From: Auanema rhodensis | Lineage: Eukaryota > Animalia > Nematoda | NCBI GenBank assembly: GCA_964057225.1 | Contig: OZ059897.1 | Location: forward strand, 12,648,001 to 12,712,000 | Length of the DNA stretch: 64,000 nucleotides | Direction of reading: 5' to 3' | In this document: in pieces, positions 24,225-39,723 of the stretch | How positions within the stretch are numbered: the first letter of the stretch is position 1 | Layout of the letters: the number at the start of each line of letters is the position of its first letter | Position numbers and translations under genes: made by a program | Notes under the pieces: generated by a model | Database searches by the model: none | What the model was told of the DNA's origin: nothing | The model's input: only the letters and a program-made list of their open reading frames with translations

Positions 24225-27200
24225 TATCATGCTCTCAATTAATTTGTTCTCACTTATACTTACTGTTCTCATGCCATTCTCTTCGTTCTCATTCCTACCA
24301 CGTTTCATCAAGTTTTATGTTTAAAAATAGAAAACGATAAAATGAATATTATTATTTCATATTTTCATAGATTATGTATTTTTCCGCGTCATCTCAGAAG
24401 GATAAGCGCACTGAGTTGTTATGTAAGCAGTGCTTATGTTGGAACAAGCATCTCCTGCCCTCTATTCATCTGATTCAAATAGTTTGATTTGTAGCCTTTG
24501 GGAGAGGAGCGTCGCTTAATTTACATATCTGAGTACCAGGCACGCGTTTAAGGAAGTCGAACATGTCGTTGATGGTAGATGGCGACACAACGAGGCCTTA
24601 GTCTTCAAGTTGGAGCCCATACCCTTTGTCGAAGATACGTTTAAACGTGAGTTCTTTACGCCTATTCTTAGAAAATCCTGTGTCGGGTGTCCGCGTAAAC
24701 AGGTGTCAATCGATCATCAGTCCTTTCATGCTCTGCCGCTCTTTAATTGGTCTTATTGTATTTCCAATCCATTGACTTTTCTCTTCCAATGAGTGCCTGT
24801 CTGTCTATTCAGTCGGTTAATTCTTGTGCTGGTCCTTCAGTTAATTATTAAGTTAATAGATCATCTGCATGTGGTTTATCCCCCAAATCAAACACCGCAT
24901 CCTGATAATGGTCCAACTTCCTTATTGCAATGTAAGAAAATATTTAGAACCGGCTCTTATACGATATATATATATATAAACTATGTAGTCTTACCGGTTT
25001 TTATGTTTACACTTCATAACTGAATTGCTCGAGCCACTGAATTTTTGCCAGATGTTGCCCTTTTAACCGAGATATCTTTGATCGACAGAATCTTGATTAA
25101 GCAAACGGTCACATATGGTTTGTGCTTCTGAATCCGTCACTACGAATTTAATCAAATCTTGTTTCAATTTCCATCTTTACTTAGGCTTTATCTACAGTTT
25201 TGATTTACTTCATTGCAACATTGAATGTGCTTGATGAGCCATGGACAGCTTAAGATCAGAATTCTAAAGATGTTCCCTTGTTTCATCTCTTCTGTCTTTT
25301 TCTCTTTTTCTCTCCTTCTCTTGTCATAACACTTTCGTTCTCTCTCTGTCCTTATATTTTGCTCTTTCTCTTATATTCATTTTGGAAGCTTTTGGGAGAC
25401 GTCTGTCGATCCGACACTCATTTGCATATATTCGCAGTTCTTCCGGTCATTGCCGTCTTCGTGTCAGCTGAACATAATCTATAGTCTATCTGTTCGGTAA
25501 GAATACGATGAGTTAAAAACGAGTGATCTGATATGCCTTCTAAGCACATTTCTAATTTGGTTGATGGCTGTAAAATTTCATGAGAATAATTTCTGATTGA
25601 AATGCGGATTTACATTTATTACTCATTTTCCTTTTCTTCTTGTACTTGAGTGAAAGTCAAATCGTACTGGGATTTAATATCAAGTCGTTGTTGTTCTATA
25701 AAGCTTTTATGACATATATAACTCATTTATCATGAAGACCTCTTGAACAATGTGATTAGACAACAATGAATATTCACTTAAATCCTTTTCAATCTGAAAT
25801 ATGACATAGTTTATCTCTTGCAATTCTTCTTCATCTTCAATAACTCTCGCAAACTTTGTAAATATAATTTCTTTTTTGATATTCTTAAGTTTGGTTTGAT
25901 AGATGTACATATATGTATGTATGCATGTATGTATGTAAACTAATACAAAAAATACATTACTATATAATGAGTATATACATACATTCCTATGTATATATTT
26001 ACATTGAATTTTCTTCCCTTGATTTTTGACTTTAGCTGTGAAAGGCTTAGTAGTCATTCAGCATTATTTTTTATATTTTGAATTTCAAGCTATATGTTCG
26101 ATTTTTTATCGTTGATGGAATTTTTTGCCTGCTACGCGTATATCGCACCATATACGTGTAGGACACGTGCAATGGTAATTTGTTTGAGACCAGAGAGAGC
26201 AGTTGGTGGTTGTGTTCCTTCCCCTCTCTTTTCTTTATTCTCTCTGTGCTGCAATAACTTTTTCATCTATACTCTTAGATGTATGGAAATTGAAGCACAA
26301 ATCGGCTGATCCTGTAAAGGCATCAATTACCAGATTACACTCTTGAACGTCTGAATAATCCATGAGCATTACTTTCGTGTTCTTCTTAGCTGTCGCATCT
26401 CTTCCGTTGCTGCTTTCGTTCTTCGTTTTCTTTCATCTTGCGGGCACTTTAATTCTCTGCTTTCTCTCTTTAACTATCATTTACAAATTTGGATTTAGGC
26501 TCTAAGAGTTACTCTAATGATTCAACCAGTCTCGAGTCACTTATACAAACATCGTGATCTCAACCTAATCCCCCTAGAGGGTAATAGGCGGCTTTCAGAC
26601 TTCATAAGGCTCATATAAGGATTTAGCTAATCTCAGTTCCATCAACTTCATTTGCATGGTTGTCACTAAAATTCAACCGGTTTCATCAGATATTCATATT
26701 AGTTGAAAGATCTACTAACCGTTTTTTCTTCTCCACTATATTTCGAAGAAGATTTGAGAATTGGATAGGCAATCAATCTGCTCACCCTATACTTCAGCTT
26801 TTTAAAAGCCATATATGAAACGAATATGCGTATAATCAAGAAAAATAAAGAGAGCGAAAAGGAAATTGGTACCCGTGAGTGACATTTTGAATTATCTTTA
26901 CATTAGGCTAATTGATTCTCACTGTTTTCTTTATTCAGTGCTCTAATAGCAGATGTTTTATGAGAGCCTAACGGCTTGGCGCAGGTCAGATCAATTTAAG
27001 CTTTTTCTACTTGATGTTTTTTGTATTTTCTATAGATTGATGGCTCTGATCATACAAGTTAGTTATCAAATCTGTAAAATGAACTTTGTTTACTCTACAT
27101 TTCCATATGGTGTTATTTGAAATCTCTTGATTTTCACATCCTTTTATTTTGTGATGATAAATCATGTTCAATTGGTAAACTCATCATCTCCCCTTCACGT

Positions 27201-30042
27201 TAAATGATAAATAATGGAATTATATTTCAAATTGCACCAACTATATGTGAATTATTATCCTCGATATCCCAATTGGTTTATTGCGATTTGTCGGTAAAGG
27301 TGAAAGGGCACAAAAGTATTGAACACGGACCTAGAGTCAGCTGTTATATTATATGATATTATATTAGAGATATATAGAGTGAGAGGTCAATTACTATATA
27401 TACTGAACAGAAAATCACACGTAGCTGTCATCTTTTAATTTTCCGACAATCTATCATCTCATTATGTTGCTTCATTCTCTCAGAACATCATTTTCTGACT
27501 TATTAAACTTTTTATCTTTTTTTTCTCCCAGCTGAGTCAAGATCGGGAATCTTGAGGTTTCAGCCACATAAAGCTTTTCAAATTCTTTGAATATGATGGA
27601 TTAGGTGTCATTTACCCCGCTTGCTGTAAAATATTTGAAAAAAAATTTGTTCGACCACATTTCATTCTCATAGTTTTCTTTGATCCATTCAAATAATAAT
27701 GTTTGATACAAAAAAACATGTTTACATTAACGATTATAATTATGTGCCGTCTGGAGGTCAAATTCGCTGCTGGCTTTGAGCAGCCAAAGTATCTGGCTTG
27801 TGAAATAAAATACCGGCAGAATAAGATCCGGACTGACCTCTATTTATCTCACACGGCACAGCTTCATCTTTTAATTTCTTTCTGTTTTTGATTTATTGTA
27901 TGACTGATTTCGTTAAAACGTGATCTGATCATTACGTGTATAAGACTTTTATCGAATTCCACTGCCAGTCCTTTTGATTTCTCTTTCAACACGTTTTTTC
28001 ATTTAACATATTTATAAAAGTTTAAGATTTCTGTTGACTAATAAATAGTTTACATATCTTTAGTTCCTATTGCTTTATTGTCAATGGGTTCAACTCCTGC
28101 TGCTGTTGCCTATTCATAAATGCTATTAGAAATCTAAATAAGGACCACTGACTTGTGTTCTTCTTGCAGCTTTTTCCATCATCCTTCTCTCTCTGTATGT
28201 CTTTCTTTAGCTCTCTATAGATACTCTTCTTCAAGATAATAAATAGAGTATATTTTAAATTAAAAATCCTTTGTTCTTACTTCTTCATTCAGCTTATTCG
28301 ATCTCACACTCAAACTATTTAATGCTATCCCCTATTCGAAATTTGAGTTGTTCACCATATCATATAATATTATTTATGGTATAGAATCGTAAATATTTTC
28401 AGTTTTCTTTAAATTTTTATGTGATTATAGTCGAGTCACCAGTTCTTTTGGCTACAATCGAAGTCTGTTTGTTCTAAACGACTAGAAAGTCGATGATAAA
28501 TGACATCCATGACTAGCATCTCATACTTATTCAACACGAGACCAATAGAGCTTTCTGAACCTAAGATACTTGACTTCGATTGGAAACTTTTTTTTTATTC
28601 ATTTGATAAAATAACTCATATTCCTGAAAAAAGAACATCATCTGAATGTGTTTGATATTCGTTATATTCTTATTCATATTCCTAACAAGAAGGTATTGAA
28701 AAAAAGACTTCTGTTGTTATTAATGTAACATAAACAATCTCTAAATAAAGAACATAATCTATTTGTTCTTGCGTGTTTGGCAATGCCTCCATCTAATACA
28801 TATATCCATTCCTGCTTTTCTACATATTTTCCTCTTTTTCTGCAATTTTTTTCATTTTTCCTCAATTTTTTTGTTTCATAATATTTCCACGAAATGTGTT
28901 ATCTACATCAACCTCACAAAAGAATACCCCTTTTCCATTTCCCGACAAACGCGGTTCTAGAAACCCAAAATCAAAGGTATGAGCTGAAGCTTTTGTTCTA
29001 CGGAAGTTGGTTAGTTGTTCAATTGGGATAGCAAGATCAGCATTCAGTTCCTAATCCTCACCATGTCCCCCCATTATGAACGTGCCTTCTTTGTTCACGA
29101 ACGATTCAACGACATCCGGTAATTTTACCGCTTTAAGGCTTAAAACCTATACTGCGAAGCCTAGTCAATCCACTTGTTTCACCTTGCATACTTGCACTTT
29201 CCTGAAAGCGTATTAATTTGGGTAGTTCAAAACCTATGATGTGGTCATAATGCTTTTAACTGTGAAAATATCCTTAAATCAGCTATTGAATATATGATCC
29301 ATTAAAGAATCATTGGAACCCGTAGATAATAAGGCTGTTATATATCTAAATGTATAATATTCATACGCAACAGTGTTCTATACAACAACAGTGAAATCAT
29401 TTGGCCTTACTAGCTATTCAATATTTACCTTATTGAGAAGAGAAAAGGAAAGAGCGAGAGAGAGACACCTAGCCTTACTACTGCTCAAATACCTCAAACA
29501 AGATTTCCTCTTTTTATATCCTAACGAGATTTCAAATATAACTATACTATGCGCATATTCATTGTTAAATTTTCAATATATAGATATTCTAAGTTGACAG
29601 GTTTATGTTTACTTTTTTCGAAACAAATTATGTTAACTGAAGAACTCTTTACTTTATATGCCTCTCACTCTATCTCCCGCTATATTTCCTTCTGTCTTCC
29701 GCTCTTCACATTCCCGAAGAATCAGACCAATTTGAAAATGACCAACGAGTAAGAGGCTACATGAAAGCGAACAGAATGTTCCGTCAGTTGTAGCCATCTG
29801 ATGGAATCTCAGACAGCTAGTGGTCAGCGATAACAAACGACTTATAATACTACCGAATATGGAATGGTCTTTAGAAATGAAAATATGGAGAGGTCGTGAG
29901 AAGACAGAGACTGAGAGTCGAAAGGAGATGGACATCTGTCTAAAGCCCTTCTGTCTAATCCCTTGTGTGCCATTTGGCAGTTGACGAGTCAGGGAAAGCT
30001 CAGTTCTACTGATATGCTTCGAGACTCACTTTCTAGAAAGAT

Positions 30043-30048
<6 letters not shown>

Positions 30049-30120
<72 letters not shown>
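30049..30120. repeat. Perfect (AG)36 microsatellite in a GA-rich tract
   Basis: Directly visible; it explains the spurious ERERER and SLSLSL ORFs. Confidence 0.97.
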
Positions 30121-30125
<5 letters not shown>

Positions 30126-33100
30126 GATATGAAGGCAAAAAGAGATTGACACCGAGAGAGAGAAAGTAAGAGATTGAGACGTTAGCAAGTTGCTAAGTGA
30201 AGCTTTGTTATCATGCACATTTCCTGTTTAGACCAGCTTAGCCTCAAAGTTTTATCCTGGAAAAACTTTATTGATAATACTTTTTTTTTCAGATTTTTTT
30301 ATTCTCATAAGACAGTGTATAAAATTGAAAATTTGTGTGAGAAATATCGTGAAGCTATGTAACTACAAAAACGAAACATAACGCTTTTCTGAGAGGTTAT
30401 CGCATATCAAAAGCGTCAAAGTGTAGATGCCGTTGTGCTTCAATCAGATTTGGCCGACTGATGTCCGCCGTCATGCACTTGGGAGAAAATCTGTGCCCCG
30501 AGAGCTCAGTTCGCAAGGGCAGCTTGAAGAAGGCCAAGCCGTCGACGAAGACAACCATAAAAGAAGAAGCATTTCTTCATCGAGCGCATTCTTCCGATTA
30601 AGTGAAAGAGAAAAAGAATAGAAAGTAAGAGAAAGAACGTAGAATAGAGAGAGCTAACGATAAAGAGAGTTGAGGGTTACGAATCGAGAGATTCTGAAGA
30701 CGTTTGCTCATGCTTCAAGACATCTACTGCAACAGCTCCTGTCGCCTACAATCCTCTACTGCTACTCCGTTTTTACGGCAGTTATCTTCTTCATATTCAT
30801 ATGCGTTAGGCATCCTTCCTCAGCGCCTCTCTTCTTTGCTCCACCTTCAGTTTCTTTGACCACTTGCTTCTCAAGACTAAAAAGCTTCAAAATCGAAAAT
30901 ATCAATACATGCTATGCCCCATTCCTTCATGCTATGTTATTAACCAATAACTTCATATAGACCTTATTCCAGTTTGTCTTCTTTTCTGCTTTCGCTTATA
31001 TCGAATTCATTTCTGTTTCAAACACCTTCATTCTTGACGTCAATGTTGATGTTGATGAAGAAGATAATGATTATCTGTCATCATTCATCGATTATGCAAT
31101 CTTCAGTGTTTCTTAGACAGGAATGTTTTAACCAACGTATTTTCTCAATAACAGATAAAATTTTAAACAAAATGAAGAATAAAAAGGAAATAAGAATATA
31201 ATCTTTTCGTTATTTTTTTGCGCATCTTGAAGACATGCATATGATTCCGGACATTGTTCTATCTGTTGCCATCATGCCTCAGTCGAGCGGAAAACTCGTC
31301 GCCTGAAACTTCAATTTCAAGCCTAAAAGAAAAAAAAAAGCTTCAGCTTTGGCATAATGAGCAAAGAAAGAATTCAACTGGATGACAAGAATAAAAGAAA
31401 ATGACTTCATAATTTTCTTTCTTATCAAACACTTTTGACAACTCTTCTTTTTGAAACTTATGGATAATAGCCATAAATGGCCAAATCTATCTTTGACGAT
31501 TGTCAGTGAGCAAATCTCGTTAAACTTCTCTCCACTCTTCTTCTTTTCTCCTTCTCTTCTTTATTTCGCTCACTATTTTCAACTTCCTTACTCAGATCAC
31601 TGATGCCGTCATATGGTAATTTGGTCAAGACATGGCATGTGTCACGCAAAAGTTGGTCATTTTTTGCAGCTTATCCCACTCATGAGAAGGACTAACACAA
31701 ACACATACTACATTTCCTTTTTAATCTTATTTAAAAATCTTATTTTTGTGTTTTTTTGCCGTTTACACTTTCTCTCAAAAATTCATCTGCATAAATTTCC
31801 ACTTTGTCTTACTGAAAATAGTCCGAGCATTTTGCTGGTCGCTTTAATTAATTGCCAATACTGCAACTTAAATTGAGGAGAAGACAGCTGGAATAGAAAA
31901 GCTAAAAATTTTTTTTATTTGAATTTTTCGTAATTCACATTAATTTTTCAATTGTTCTCATATATATGTAGTTGCGCCTCACACTATTACTATTATTAGC
32001 ATGTTCAAGTGAATGATCATCATGTTTTTCTAATAAATACAGCTTTATCCTTCCGAATGTCTGCTTTTGACGAGATGACGAACCACCTACCCGCCACATC
32101 CCTCACTTTCTTTTCCCCTTTTATCTATTTTTCTCTTACAGCAACACTCACTCTCAAGCTTTTTTAGCTCTCTTATTTCTTTTCCTTATGACTCTTCCTA
32201 GTGAAAAAATTATGCGGCTACTCAATTTTTTCTCGAAAGATTTATGCGCTGAAGAGCCATTTCATGGAACTGCTCGATCTTACCTCATTTCGTGTGTCCC
32301 AATAACATATGAATTTTCCTTAACCATTCAGTGTTTAATCGCAAGATTTTATTTTATTTCCTTTTCTTTGTGTCAATGTAGATACTCATTTTCAGCTTTG
32401 GTCATGCCGTGATCTAAACGGCATCTCCTTTTCTCTGTCTATTCCCTTTGGGACTGACTAATTAATTTCTTTTTGTTCTTGCCGAAATATTAAAATATTC
32501 TTCTTGTTTCCATAGGCTATTTTCTCATTTACCATTCATTCTTGAAATTTTTCGTAAGCCGTTGTGATTCCGTTCATTCCATAATGAGTTATTGACAAGC
32601 ATTCAGACGATAATGCCTCGAAATTTCGCTTTTCATTCATCTAGTATTCTCATTTTCATCACAAACTATACCATTATCCTATTAACTGTATTGTTTATGT
32701 TTTCTCCCCATTCAATTCATTATTTTACTTTTTAATTTGTTTTTTTTAATAGCCATATTGCTTACTTTAACTTTTCCCGTTGAATAGTCGAGCCAATTTG
32801 ACCAAATAAGCTTATGCAGTGAATTATGTGAGCTACATAGTTTCATTTTACAATTTGCAAACGTTGAAATCGGTTGTGTTTTTCATTTTCTCCTGTTTTT
32901 CTACTCAAATTAATGCTTATTATAATTATCTCATATTTTCTTGTTTTGTTTTAATAAACTGAAATATTTAAAAAATTTTAGTTAGCAAAGATTTGATAAC
33001 ATTTTTATAATTTATATAATGTTCTTGCTCAAACGATTAAGCCTTGTTTAACAGTTGTTTTACATTCTTACTTTCTTTTATTGGAAAAAAAAAGATTCAT

Positions 33101-33666
33101 TAGATGTACAAGATAGAACAACTGACCTTTTGACTTCAGGATGTTCAAGAGCAATTTTTCTAGTTAACTCACTTCCTTGCTCCACGACGTTCTTTTCTAA
33201 AATTACTTTTTCTATTTTATGGAAGAAACCTCATGGTTGTAAAGCTTTAAAAAGGTTCAAAGCTTCACATTATACACGCAAAACTAAAAGACAATGGATC
33301 TGAGTGCAAATTGGAATAGAAATATCATCTCTTCTGTTGTCTTTTGTTTGAGCAACTACCCGCTCCCTTCAATCGGGCTTTCCTTTGCTGATGTCAAGAA
33401 TTCATTTGATTCGTTTGATTCATATTATACAATATCATTAATGTATGTATCTCTAAAATATTCTTAAATTATATTCTTACATATTCATTTCTTCAGTTTA
33501 GAAATTTATTTTTGTTAATTAATTAATATAAATACACATATTTCTTATGTGTATTTACTATTTTTTATACAAACTACATCTGTATGTATTTCGTTGACCA
33601 TGCGTTTTCTTCAATTTTTTTATAGTTTTTCATATTTTTATATTCAAATTATAAATTTTTTTTCAG

Positions 33667-33714
33667 ATAGCGCTAATAAACATTAATTTTATGGCACAAT
33701 TCCGTCAGAATTAG
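33667..33714 (+). other. Candidate non-coding 5'UTR exon of ptp-3
   Basis: Consensus TTTTTCAG acceptor and AG|GTATGT donor flank 48 nt; an orphan strong acceptor at 39470 could receive it. Confidence 0.4.
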
Positions 33715-36700
33715 GTATGTTCAATCTTTATTTTGTTCAAAAATAAAAGTTTTATGATTTGTATGAGTTCAATACTCGAATTTTTTTGTCTATCTATCTA
33801 TCTCCTCTCTAACTATCTATGCTTGTCATTGACTAAACAAAAACTGATTGTTTCAGAGAAAATTCATTCATCGTTTAGTAATGCTTAAACTATTCCATAT
33901 ATTTTATATCCTTTTGATTCCTAATTAATGAAAGTAGCAAATTGCAGTTTCCATTTTCAATCTTGTTGTGCTCCTCTGCTCAAAACCTTAGGTTCACTCT
34001 CTCTTTCTTCTCCTTACACTATATATCTCTCTCTTTTTTCTGGAACTCAACTACACATATTGATATTACAAAATTAATTTTTTTAAATTTATGATTTGTT
34101 TTGAGAAAAAATTTTAATTTTTTCAATAATGTGCAATATTATTAGTATACGTTTATTCTATTTTCTACTATCTTATTCCTCTTATTTCTATGTCTTATAC
34201 GACTACATATATTAACTACGCTGCTGTCTACTATTAACTATTCGTTTATTCTTTATTTTAAAACTTTAAGCTCTTCCAACCTAATAATATGATTCTCGAA
34301 CCAAGAGGATATGCTCTAGCTTCTGACACATTGAGTGCTAGACGAAGATATATAGATTGGAAACATTTTACTTTTATTGGCACAAGAGTCTTGTCTTAGA
34401 GTCCAATAACATTTTCCATATGAGCATGTATCTTTCGTTTCTTTCTGTTTTTTTTCAAAAACTCCATTTGCTGCAAGTTTTTCTTCTTCTGTATTAGCCT
34501 AGCACACATTACTAGTATTTCTTCTTTCAAGGTATTTCACACCTATCCATGCTTATAAGTATAGTATTTGAACTTTCTATGCATTTTCACTTATTTCAAC
34601 AGCTTCTGTCGTCCCGGTAACACCTTTTTCAATTTCTGAAGAAGAGCTTAGTTTGACCCCCACCCTTTTTTAATGTACATGTCATGTATTTTTTGGTTTA
34701 AAAAATAGCTAAGACAGAAATTATATTAGTTATAAGCTTGTTTATGCTATTTTTAGTTAAAACTCCAATGTCATTCTCAGATTATTATGTAATGTGCTCT
34801 TCTCTTATTCTACTTTCCTGAGATACTCGATATGCTTAGATCTACCACTACCAAAACTCATTTTCTCATTTGATTTTAATATTAAACAAATGTTCATATT
34901 TTTTGTTCTTCTTTTATAAAACATGTCAATACGAGCATTTCTTTTCATAAGTTTATTTTGCAAAATCCTTCCTGAGATGTATCATTCATTCCATTTCTCC
35001 TATCTCCATATTCGTCGCTCATTATCTTCTCCCTTTTCTGATTTTTAAAAACCAGCCTCTCATATTCTTTTTTATTCTTATGAATTACGCAATTTTTTAA
35101 AGAAATTTTTTCGATGTGCTGGAATTAAATAAATTTTTATTTAAATAATTCACAATGAACAACCAAATTGGTCATCTCTCAAAGCTCTCATGTATTTCTT
35201 TATGCATATGATCATATTTGGTTATATAGAATGGCATTCAACCTTATTTTAATCTGAATTATTCCACTTACCTTTCCCATTATTATTAAAAACAATTTTA
35301 TTTTCATTTTCTTTTTTAATTTTATGTTTATGACTCGTGATGAATTGATCCGAAATACAGGGATTAAACAAAAGAAATTCTACAATAATGTAAAAACTTT
35401 TCAAACTGAAACTTAATAATACGAAATGTTTGTTAATTTGAACAAACTGTTCCTTTTATATATTTTACCTGTAATATTACATTCTCTTAACTATATTTTT
35501 CCGTATTTTTCATTTTCTTCCTATTTCTTTTATATATTTTTCTTATTATAATAAAAGTATGAAAAAAGAACTATGCTCTTGTTCCATATTTCGGGAAATA
35601 TTCATAGCTTTCAAACAGTGAGCATAGAGTTTCACCTGGTCGATCACACCTCTACATTTATATAACAAATGCCATCTGAAACGATGAATTCTACCTCTGT
35701 CTCCCGAAAATCCACATTTTGTCTTTTTCTTCGATGAATCTCAATTTCCTTGCAAAATTAATTTTTGAATCCATTGATAACGCTAAACAACTTAATGAAC
35801 TTAATGAACAACTTAAAGAAAAAAAATTCTTAGAATCTTCAAACACAATATATGCCAGTACGTTTATTTATTGTAAATGTTCTTTATTTCTATCAATGAA
35901 ATATGAAATAAACGATATTAACTACTATGTTGATATTGGAAAAATAAAATGTTTTGTACTGTAAGATAATAGATTTTTGATTTCATAAAAAAAAATGATT
36001 GAATTTATATGTCAAAGAAAATATAATATTTGAGGATATACATATACATATATGTACATATACATCACACAAATATTATAATATATCTAAGTGAATTCTT
36101 GGATAGCATATATTGATTACTGTTTAATCATATACTTTCTATTTGTTTCTTCTTTTAAAATTCATTCTAATCAACATGAACTTGTGAAGAATGAAAATGA
36201 GTGTTTCATATATTTATAATATATATTCATCATGCATATATACATATCTTTATAACTCTATATATCTTTTTTTTTAAACGTATCTTAACTACAAAAAATG
36301 AAATCGATTAATAATTATTCATTTCCTTTAATTTATATGATTTTTCATACATTTTTTCTCTTTTCCTATGATGACGAGATATGGAAAACGGAAAGACACC
36401 TATTATCTTGTGAAATCCCGAAGGCACCCATCCACCACCTCCGGGCTCTATCTCTATGCTCTTTCTCATCGTTCATCTAGCCCGGCCGATTTTACTTCCC
36501 ACCCATCATCTTTATATTTCATCTAAACATCTGATTGCAGAAGAAATACATGCATATATGTAATATATATACTATGCATATATGATATATCCAGTCTTAG
36601 AAAAAATAATCGAATAACTCATGTTATGCAGTGTAACGATAAAACAATTTATCAACAATTTCTTGTCATATTATCAATTTGTAATTAATGCTTTTGATAT

Positions 36701-39700
36701 ATTTGTACTTTCACTATATATTTGAATGAGAAACTACTTATGCAACACATAGTTAACAAATAAAAAAGATTTGTAATATTACATATACATTTGTAGACTT
36801 ATACATATGTATATGATGTATTTGAACCTTTAATTATCACCTGTAGCAGTACTTTTTTGCAAATATTCTTTTCTTATAATATGTGTGGCGTGTTTTATTC
36901 ATTTTTTAATAACTATTTCAAAATTAATATTTTTTGAAGAAATTTATTCGAAAAAACGTTTATCGCCATGCTGTATGATTCAATTTCCATTTTAAATCTG
37001 CATGATTTCTGGATCGGTTGATTATAAGTCTTCGTTTATTTCAAGCATTCTTCTTTTTCTTTCTCTATGTCAGCTTCTTTTATACTTCTTTAATTCTATT
37101 TTTTCCAAAAGTATCACTTAATAAAATGTGCCTACTTTTCAATGATGTCAACGATTTGTGCATCTGGCTTCTTGCAACAGCATCATAGCACTCTATCTTG
37201 ATCTCTCTTTCAATGTGCTGCTAAGTGTGTTCATTTCCCAGCTTAATCTCTTGTTTCTGTCTGTTCTTATGATAAATGGTTATCCATCCATCGTCAATCG
37301 AAGCTTGTCCGTCATTTTCAAAGCATTGTCGGTCTGCAAACCCCCCTCTAAGGTCTTTCAGCGATAACCTCAACTTAGAACTAATGTTCCCAATGTCTAT
37401 GATTTTCTCTTACACGTAAATATGTTTTACTGCTAGTTTTCTAAAACAAAATTTCTTATTGTGTTATTGAATATTTCATATTTTTTACTACTAAGCTTAG
37501 ACTTCCCAGTTATCAAGAAATCTGGCAGGTTTCTTCCAGTTGTATAAAAAAAATCTTATCAGTTTTCGTTGTTTTCTAATATAGGATAGAAATATTAAAA
37601 CTAATAAAGGAAGCAATTGTGGTGGTATCTAAGATAAATCCAATCGTCATTTCTTTGCTAGGTTTGAAGCTAAACTGCTAGCGTTTATTTCATTCTAATG
37701 CTGCATATCCGGAGGGTATAACCACGTTTATTATTATCGGAGAAGACTCCAATCTGAGCAGATCTCTATAACTTTAGTTCAGTTTCATTTCTACCCTCTT
37801 TCTCTCTCTCTCTTCTCTCGTTCTCTACTTTCTTCATACATGACTATTCACTTAATAATCAGGTCCAAATTTGGTTTGGAAAACTTGTGCAAACGAACCT
37901 CTTCTTGACCATCTAATGTCTTAGGACATTACTATAATTCCTTATAAATTCTATTGAACATATTATGGAGTAATTGAATATGAAGTTATCGTTTAGTTTC
38001 TGCATCTGTTTAAATCCTTTCAAACCATTATAGATAGAATATTAGTGAAAGAGAGTTCATTTCTCTCCCCGTTCCATTTCATCTTCTTCCTCTATGTATA
38101 GTTTGTTTCGTCCATCTGATGGTCATTCCATGTTCGTTAGTCGCTAAATTCTGCTTCTGATTTTCTGGATATCGCTTCAACTTTCTGTATATTCATTCCA
38201 TTTGTAGTCATCTACATATCTATGTATCTATGTATATTACTTAATTTATTCAGTTTTTATATGATTGATATGTATGATATTCTATTTGTACTTTTATTCT
38301 TATTTAACTAAAGTACTAAGTTTAAATATATTTAAATACTATATAAGAAGATGAAGATCAAAAGAGTTTTTGTTGCTTTTAAAACATAAACTTCCTTATA
38401 TTTACTATATATTATGCTGAATTAAACTTCTGCTGATACATATTACCCTTTAGTGTCACATTGTTTTATAAACATGAATCTAATTCTTCTTGCTAAAAAT
38501 TCGCAAACTATGTCATTTCATTGGATAATTTTGTGGAATTTTATTGAAATTCAATCGCTTTGACATGACATTAAGTTAGAAATTGGCAACATAATCGTGT
38601 ATAGATTCAGTTATTTATTATTGATAGAGGTGCTTTGTTCTATTTTGGACACATCATAACGACGTTCCGATTTCTTACGTTATGCTTTAAGCTTGAGCCC
38701 TTAAAGGTTTAAGTCCATCTTTGTTCATTTAAAGCTCGATTAACTTTTTCCTTTTTTTTCTCTATCTTTCTATATATATATCTCTATAATACATGCTTAG
38801 TCGTATTTTACCTCCCACTCTTTTCCTCAATTTCTTCCATTTATTCTCCCTCGTAACCTCCTCATTTTCTTTCTTTGTCTTTGCTATGCACATTCTATTT
38901 TTTCTATAAGAAACTTTGTATACATCCAATCATCACATACTTCATGGATAAAACATTTTAGAAAGTTAGCTTATTGACTTTTAGCTTTACGTTTCATGCA
39001 ATTTTTCATGTTAACTGTTCCCAGATCTTCACATTTCCAAAGTTCTTATCTATTCATCTTTTTTCTCCATTCTACTCTAACTTCACTTTTGGTCTCAAAA
39101 TAACATTTTATACTTTGGTTTACCACAAACTTCTTTTTCCAATACATTTATATTTTCATTTTTCATATTCAAAATGCATCATATGAACTTTTTAGGGAAA
39201 CAAATCAATGCTTTTGACGTTTTTGTTTTTTTCCATATTTAACCTTAATTATCTTGAATAATCAAAAAAAAATTGATTTGATAAAAAGCGAATTATAAGC
39301 GTTTTGTTATGTTCTCCAAGTTTTCCCCTCCTCCCTTCCACTTATACTCACCCAAAATTTTTCGATTGAATTAATTTTTAATTCAATAAATCAATCCAGC
39401 TTTTATTCATGTTTTTTTCTTTAACTGATCCTGTTATTAATATTCGTATAACCAATCGGTTTTTTTTCAGGTTTACATCTTATTTCTTCTAGAATTAAGT
39501 TCGAAATTCTCGAATACCACCCTAGGCTCATTAAGATTCCCAATTGATTTATCCTAATTTTTTTACTTCACATATAAATCAGAACGATAGACTAACAAAT
39601 TCGAAAAATTAAAAACCGAAAAATTCTATAATCAAATGATTTTTAATTAAAAAAAACATCATCAATGATCGGTTTAGTATCGAATGCTGGCGCAAAGCCT

Positions 39701-39723
39701 GAAGATTATCACAAGTATTGGCG

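Noticed and set aside
25707-26057. 116-aa minus-strand ORF with an acidic, protein-like tail
   Set aside because: Runs through TATG/TACA low-complexity DNA, the candidate splice phases do not match, and I recognise no family.
28085-28100. GGGTTCAACTCC tRNA T-loop-like motif
   Set aside because: No acceptor, D or anticodon arms can be formed.
29963-30218. ERERER and SLSLSL ORFs
   Set aside because: Artefacts of the (AG)n microsatellite.
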